A stretch of 64,000 bases of DNA from Eukaryota sp. TZLM1-RC (Eukaryota > Protista > Metamonada: BaSk clade). A program made the translations under genes and the position numbers. Positions 57,598 through 64,000 of this stretch are shown in pieces; the first letter of the stretch is position 1, and each line of letters starts with the position of its first letter. Location of the stretch: assembly GCA_040285825.1 (NCBI GenBank), contig JAUPSS010000005.1, forward strand, positions 1,240,001 to 1,304,000. Direction: 5' to 3'. Below the pieces are notes generated by a model. That model was not told where the DNA came from and did not search any database. It saw only the letters and a list, made by a program, of their open reading frames with translations.

Positions 57598-60486
57598 TCA
57601 AGAATTTGGTGGTTCAATCCAAGCATTTTTCAGTGGCAAAGACGGCAATTTAATCCTATCACGTGATCTGCTCGATTTTGGACCTGACTGACTTCCCAGA
57701 TAGGCAGGAGCTGACCTTTTGACACGTGTCCTTGGAGAAGGCGGGTCCAGTGACCAAGGTCGTGATCTGTCGGTAATTGCTTTAGTAGTAGAACTTCCAT
57801 TACCAATTGAAGCTTTTTTCTGAAATAATTCGAGTCTTTTAATAGGATCAGATAGTTTTGAATTAATTTGAGCCTTTCGTTGAAGTGATTTAAATCGCAA
57901 TTGGCGCCGCAGAAGAGATTTGGAAATATTGGAAGTTGAAATGCAATCAGATTTGATTGATTGAGTAATTTGTTGACTGTCAGATACATCAGAATCGTCA
58001 TTGTGGTTGTTGATTTGATTGAAATGTTCAGTTGTTAATGAACTACTAGAATCTGCAGATATTGGTCTTTCAGATTCTGGTTTTTGAACGGTCAATATTC
58101 TACTTTTGAGCGAGTTGATGACATCATGGGAAACGTGGACATCAGACACATCTACGTTGAAATCTTCAGTAAGATCGATAATTTCTTCAAAATCAGAAAG
58201 ATCAGATGAGCTCTGTTCTGAAAATTCTGATTTTTGAAATTTTTGATATCTTCGTCGAACAATAAATCCCCTAATTAGTGATCCAATCTTTGTGGCAGCA
58301 AAATTTTGACAACTAAAAACTTCGTGCTGGTTGTGCCAAAGTTTAAAAAATTTGTGCAAATCACAACTGTGACTAATCCTAAATTTTCGTGACCTCCAGT
58401 AATTCATGATAATTTTGACACTTTTGATCTCCTTTATCAGCGAATTGTAGGTTTTTGTTGTGAAAAAAACAACATTTTCATTTTGCGAAGGACCAAAAAT
58501 TCCACAACTTTGATTGAAATTTTGATTAATGGTGTTGATTGGTCGAGTGTGCTTAAACTCCTCAGAATTGAGCTCAGTAAGTGATGGAAAACTACGAGCC
58601 AAAATTTCATCTGAAAAAACCAAATCCGAACAATTATCTACAATATTCAAACTAATTAACGAAGGTACATATGAATTCAAAATTGATTCAAAATTAATTA
58701 ATCCAATTTGATTAAAAGAAATATCAAGAATTTTTAAATTAGGACAATTTAGTGAAATTTTGGAGATTTTGTTATGTGACAAGATCAAATTTTCAAGATG
58801 CGACAAGTGTAACTGAACATCAGAAAAGGCACAATTTCTTGCTTTCAAAACCTTCAGAAAACTGGGCATAACACTAGGAAGTGATGATAGCAGCTCACAG
58901 TTCGAAATATTCAAATATTGGAGAGTTGAAAACAAACAGATCGCATCAATCAAAGTTAACGGATTGAACGAAAAATCTAAATATTTCAAATTTTTGTGAT
59001 TTGAGCTAATGTTGATTGAAGAAAATCCACATGATTTCGCAATCAAAGTATGTAAAGTTTGAGGTAAAGCAAATGAATTTTTGACAGGATTATTTGAAAT
59101 ATCTAAATATTTTAAATATTCGAAACTAGAAACACCATCTAAACTAGATAAATTGTTATGATGAAGTATCAAAATTTGCAGAGAATAGCTCAAAAATGAA
59201 CCAGAAAGTCGTTGAAATTGATTGATTTTGTTGTACGAAAAATTTGCCATTCTGAGACAACAATTATGAAAATCTGAAAAACTACTAATCTTATTCATCG
59301 ATAAATCAAGAGCACAATCAATCATTTCTGATTGATTTAGTTTTACCGACGAAATTTTGGAGATTCCTGACAAGGAAAGATCAATCGAATAGGTGGGTGA
59401 TAAAAAATTCAAATCAGAATGGCTACAAAATTTTCGAAATAATGAATTCCAATTACAAAACTTGAGATAATTTCTGGTCAGGTCAATGGAATTCTGAGCC
59501 AATGACACGTCATGATTGCTATTCTGATTCGTGCCCTCAACTGCTTGTTTACATGTTAAAGTAATGACACACTCATTACTATTACCTTTGGAAATAGAGA
59601 ACCCTGGAGAAACAATGACGTCATTATTGACCTGCTGCGGGTCAGTGGGAGTTAAAAACTGAGTACAGGTGATTGATTCCATTATGGGAATATCATAGTT
59701 GTGTTCCTGACCGGATTGAATTTTTGGGACCAAATCAGATTGGGCAACCAAAATTTCGTCAGAAAGAAGCTCATCTCCTGAAACCGTAGCGTCACAAATG
59801 ACATCTGGACAAAAATATTCAAAAAACTCATCATAGACAGAATCCCAGCAATCATAATCAAATTTTGACATTATTGATCCTTCCTTTTTAGCTTGCAGGT
59901 CAATAATTGATTGCTTTTTGGGCTTTGTTTTGACTATTGTTGACTCTTGCTTGACTTGACCCGGCTCTGTTTTTACAAGTTTTTTAATTGAATTTAAAAT
60001 TGAGCTAAATACAGAACTTTTTGGTTTTAATGGTTGTTCAGAAGTGACTGATTGGTTGATTGATTGGTCCGGTAAAGAAGAAAAGGGGTCATTATTGTCA
60101 TCAGGCTCACTGACTTCGGGAGACCTTAAAATTTCATAATCAGACAAGGAGATTACACTTGGGCAAGGAGAAGGCTGTGGGGAGTGACTGGAATTGGGAT
60201 TATGGTTAGGAGTGCATATAGAGTTTGGTAATAAGAGATGAGCATCATAATCGTAATCTAGAAGTGATAGAGAGTAATCATATGGGTCAGTGTGTGTGGA
60301 GAAATCAGTGGAGAGCGAAAGATCTAAACAAGACCTATTGAGAAGAAGATTCATGCGTTGAAAAGAGTAGTTTGGGGAGCTATGCGGAGAGGAGTCTTCA
60401 TGTGGAGAATCTTCAAATTTGCCATAAGAATCAATGTCAACATCTAAGAGTGATAAGAGATCCGCAGAGATAAGTCCATCATCCAT
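57598..60486 (-). CDS. LRR plus IQ-motif protein (LRRIQ1-like architecture)
   Basis: Multiple LxxLDxSxN repeats; IQ-like AATKIGSLIRGFIVRRRY. Confidence 0.85.
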   Translation of the reverse strand: MDDGLISADLLSLLDVDIDSYGKFEDSPHEDSSPHSSPNYSFQRMNLLLNRSCLDLSLSTDFSTHTDPYDYSLSLLDYDYDAHLLLPNSICTPNHNPNSSHSPQPSPCPSVISLSDYEILRSPEVSEPDDNNDPFSSLPDQSINQSVTSEQPLKPKSSVFSSILNSIKKLVKTEPGQVKQESTIVKTKPKKQSIIDLQAKKEGSIMSKFDYDCWDSVYDEFFEYFCPDVICDATVSGDELLSDEILVAQSDLVPKIQSGQEHNYDIPIMESITCTQFLTPTDPQQVNNDVIVSPGFSISKGNSNECVITLTCKQAVEGTNQNSNHDVSLAQNSIDLTRNYLKFCNWNSLFRKFCSHSDLNFLSPTYSIDLSLSGISKISSVKLNQSEMIDCALDLSMNKISSFSDFHNCCLRMANFSYNKINQFQRLSGSFLSYSLQILILHHNNLSSLDGVSSFEYLKYLDISNNPVKNSFALPQTLHTLIAKSCGFSSINISSNHKNLKYLDFSFNPLTLIDAICLFSTLQYLNISNCELLSSLPSVMPSFLKVLKARNCAFSDVQLHLSHLENLILSHNKISKISLNCPNLKILDISFNQIGLINFESILNSYVPSLISLNIVDNCSDLVFSDEILARSFPSLTELNSEEFKHTRPINTINQNFNQSCGIFGPSQNENVVFFTTKTYNSLIKEIKSVKIIMNYWRSRKFRISHSCDLHKFFKLWHNQHEVFSCQNFAATKIGSLIRGFIVRRRYQKFQKSEFSEQSSSDLSDFEEIIDLTEDFNVDVSDVHVSHDVINSLKSRILTVQKPESERPISADSSSSLTTEHFNQINNHNDDSDVSDSQQITQSIKSDCISTSNISKSLLRRQLRFKSLQRKAQINSKLSDPIKRLELFQKKASIGNGSSTTKAITDRSRPWSLDPPSPRTRVKRSAPAYLGSQSGPKSSRSRDRIKLPSLPLKNAWIEPPNS

Positions 60487-61764
60487 TTCATTGAGACTGG
60501 AGTTGATACTGATTGAAGAAAAGTCTATTTGAAGATGGTGTTTTGATAGAAATTCTCAGTGTTTGAAGACAGAAAACAATCCATTTCAAATTCTCCAAAG
60601 TTGTTTGTTGACAAAATGCGTCTATTCAAAGTGTGAAACCACATCTCCACTAGTTTCATTTTAAACGTCTCAATCAACACTTGTCTACGAACGCTATTTA
60701 CGATTAGCATTTTGAAATAAATAACGAATGGTAATTCTCTCTGTATTTGTCATCATCACCTATTGTCAAACAAAGCGTTCTATTGAGTCTTATTTCTTTT
60801 TATCCTCTAATGTTTGAATTAAAAAAACAATACCCAGAAATTGAAACTACAGCTTACGTGGGATGGCATTTCAATATTTGGCCCGTTTGTAGCATTGAGA
60901 AGAATCGCCACAATTGTCCATCATCGATGTTTATGAATTGGACTTTTTTTGAACAGATATAATTGGTAGAGAGCCTACTGAAGTACGTATTGGTGAATTT
61001 AGTTTTTGTTGAATCACCAGGTTTGTGATTTTTAGGCTATCATTAAGGTAATATTTATGAAACACGAAAGCTACTTTCATCTTTTTCAGCAAATTTTGAA
61101 AAAAACAAACCTACAATTTTATCAGATTTTTGATCTAAAGAAACATGAACAATCATTTCCACTAAGAAAATACACCTAGAACAGAACATGAAGATTAATT
61201 GAATTAAATGGAAACAAACTTACATTTGCATATTGCTAGCAAATAGCTGGAACAGTTGACACAATTCGTTATTGATGCCTTGATGATTGTTAGCAGATGA
61301 GGACACGAAGTTAAAGATGATATCTGTACTTTGATGTTTTTTCATTCATTCGTTGCATTTGATTTTCATTCATCATTCAAACAATTTTCTAAAATCAAAG
61401 GTTATGTGTAATATTGTTGAGAAATAACTGCTGAAATTCGGAAACTGTAAAAGTTCAAAAAATACATACAAAATTATTCATGGTTAATTTTCCCATCCCT
61501 TTAAAACAGAAAATTTAACCAAAACCTTTGACAAGACCCTCAATGTCTTCAACGAATACCGTGTTTCCTAAAATGTTGGGCGATTTGGGAGAGCAGAAAA
61601 AAAATAGCTCATGAGGCGCCCAACTTTTTCGTTGTAGCTTTGAGCCTTGTTTTCAACAATAAAGATGGGCGATCAGAAAAAAATCGCCCAATCAATAGGC
61701 GCCCAATTTTTTTGGCAACATATAGAGAACAACAACACAATATTGCAGGAATGAATAGAAAATA

Positions 61765-61835
61765 TGCGTCCGCCGGGAATCGAACCCGGGTCACAACGAT
61801 GGCAACGTCGTATTCTACCACTAAACCACGAACGC
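61765..61835 (-). tRNA. tRNA-Gly (GCC)
   Basis: GCGTTCG..TTTAGTGGTAGAA..CGACGTTGCCATCGTTG..CCGGGTTCGATTCCCGG CGGACGCA forms a cloverleaf; TTTT terminator downstream. Confidence 0.96.
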
Positions 61836-62033
61836 ATATGCAAATCAGCAGCAGCGCAATCATCATGAAAAAATAATTGAAGTCAGAGAGATAAGAGATC
61901 AGAGGATACTCATCTAGTCAAGTCAAACCAGAACCTAATACTGATAGAAACAGTCAAACACGTTTTCATTGCTTTCCCACTTTCGACAAATGGAAGATTA
62001 TCAGCAGAATTTGGGAAAATTTTTGTTGAATGA

Positions 62034-63620
62034 TTTTTTTAAAACTGGAATATTTATTGAGATAAAAAAACCCATCTAGAATTCAATATCCTCCAAACAA
62101 GCGTCACTATTACTGAACCTACTCACAGCATTACGTTCATATTCTACACCAATAGCTAAAAGTGCCTTTGAAATCATTGTTGGAATAGACTTGAAAATGC
62201 AAAAAACAATTCTATTTAACCAGAAAGTGGTGTTCATTGTTTTACCAGACCTATTCAGTAACACTTTTTTAAAATTTTCAAAAAAGTGCAACCCTGAAGG
62301 TCCAATATCGCCAAATAGAGAAATTGCAACAGGCACAAACTGATATTTCGCATGTTCCACTCTACCTAACTGTGCCAAAGGCTCTTCATATTTTGTTATC
62401 TTCTTTTTTCGGCGTAAGATAACGGCGAATCAGCGGAATACACTAAACGAGCAGCAGAATTTTTGCAAACATCAACTGAGACAACATCTACAACATTGAG
62501 AACAGCATCGATCCCTGGAGCTACTAAATCTGCCCTTCTTTTACCAAAGGAATCATCAGTTTAATCTTTTTCAGTTTAAGAGAGCAAGCTTCTTGAAGGA
62601 AGTTCCACAATATCAGAGGGGAAACATTTAGCCCAAATATTGGCTGAAAGAGTTTCAATTTCTTGTTGCAAAGAAATAAGATAAGAGCTGCCACAATTTT
62701 CATTGAGATGAATTTTTGCAGGAAAACGATTCACAAATTCACAAATAAAATTCTTTCCACCTCCAATGAAGGCAGCTTTACAAAGGTAGCTTGATTTATG
62801 AAAATCAACACCACCAAATTTTGTACCAGAAAAAATGTGGCTTCGTAACTGAGATCAATTTCCAATAATTTTGCTAAAAAATTGGTTCTTTGTTCATTAA
62901 AAATGCGACAAAACTCCAAAGAAATTGATGGTGATGTTGATCTCAATATATGAGTAAATTTTGAAGAATAACAAAATTTTAGGAAAAAGAATTTCAAATG
63001 TTTCTCAATATTTAAATTTTCTATTGATTCTAATTCAGTTCCAAATTGAGTCAACAGAGTCGAAAGTTGGCCTTTGACTTCTTCAATATTTCCGAGATAA
63101 CAACCCAAAAAACGAAAACCAGACTGATCATAATTGATATAGGGGACATTGACATCATTAATGAAAAAATCAATTGGTTCATGGCCAATAATCAAACATT
63201 TGGAGATATTCAATGAGAGTCCAATATCTTCATAACGCTGTTGAATAAAAGTTGCTATTTGTTTCAGAATTGTAATAGGAGCAATTACAGAAATGTCATC
63301 CATATATGCTACAATATTTATTTCTGGGATTTTTTCTTTTAATTCGCACATTAATGGATGAACTGCCAGACAAAAGAAAAAAGGACCAAGTGGATCACCT
63401 TGTTTAACGCCTGAAAACGAAAGCAGGTCAAAGTTTTCATAGACCATTGTGGATGACTTTCCATAAAATGAATAGAAAAAAGGCTCAACTTCAGGAAAAT
63501 GCTTTCGCAGCAAAGGTAAAATGTAAGAACGAGATACAGAATTGAAAGCATTCTTAAAATCTAAATTGAAGATGTAATGAGAATCACTAGAATTAAAAAC
63601 ACTAGAATTGAATGATTTCC
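62034..63620 (-). mobile_element. CRE-type element: RT part (62563-63620) joined to a family C 3' end (62034-62562); internally deleted or chimeric
   Basis: RT motifs LDFKNAFNS, KQGDPLGP, YMDD. The 3' part is near-identical to 16167-16699. The zinc-knuckle region is missing. Confidence 0.88.
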
Positions 63621-64000
63621 AAACAATATTGGAAGAGAAAACAATGAAGAGATTTGGCACACTGCTTTTCACACGATCGGAATTTCAACGCAACTTCGCG
63701 CAAAGTTTTCTGAAATCAAGATCAGGACTGAATAGCATGTTATAGGTGAAGCCCATGATGTCTAATGGGGTCAAAACAGGGAACAATACAAGATTGTAAA
63801 CTAAAAATGATGTAAAAGTGATTTTGGAGGGGTATTCTGCCATTCTGAAATTCACTGCATGTTTTTTGGTGCACAATTCAATACACTAATAATTAGTGAC
63901 TAATTTGTAGATACCCTCAGTTTTTTCACCAAAAAGGACAACACAGATCACGATTTTGTAGAGGAAACCTTGGTTCACTTAATTTCATCCCATTAGTTTT

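Noticed and set aside
61609-61876. Short ORFs on both strands
   Set aside because: They overlap tRNA-Gly and are spurious.

Overview
Eukaryotic, AT-rich, protist-like genomic DNA. It uses the standard code and has one clear 28-nt GT-AG intron; the species cannot be identified from sequence alone. A few host genes are present: a SET methyltransferase, SF3B4/SAP49, a myristoylated AGC kinase, an LRR-IQ protein, RCC1 proteins and tRNA-Gly(GCC). They sit among many mobile elements. The commonest are several families of CRE/R2-type non-LTR retrotransposons (RT plus restriction-like endonuclease), many with readable 10-16 bp target-site duplications. A young non-autonomous Ty3/Gypsy chromovirus and a second LTR/gag relic are both nested in a pogo-like DDE transposase. 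A decayed virus/phage-like island carries a RecD2 helicase. The main highlights are: (1) a probably intact Fanzor1 (eukaryotic TnpB-like RNA-guided nuclease) with a downstream hairpin/pseudoknot omegaRNA candidate, plus a second divergent Fanzor remnant with the same RNA topology; (2) a single-pass receptor combining an extracellular RCC1 propeller, an MLKL-like four-helix bundle and an intact kinase; (3) two different LTR elements that both have a perfect 12-bp palindrome where a tRNA primer-binding site should be. All domain calls come from motif recognition by eye; no searches were run.
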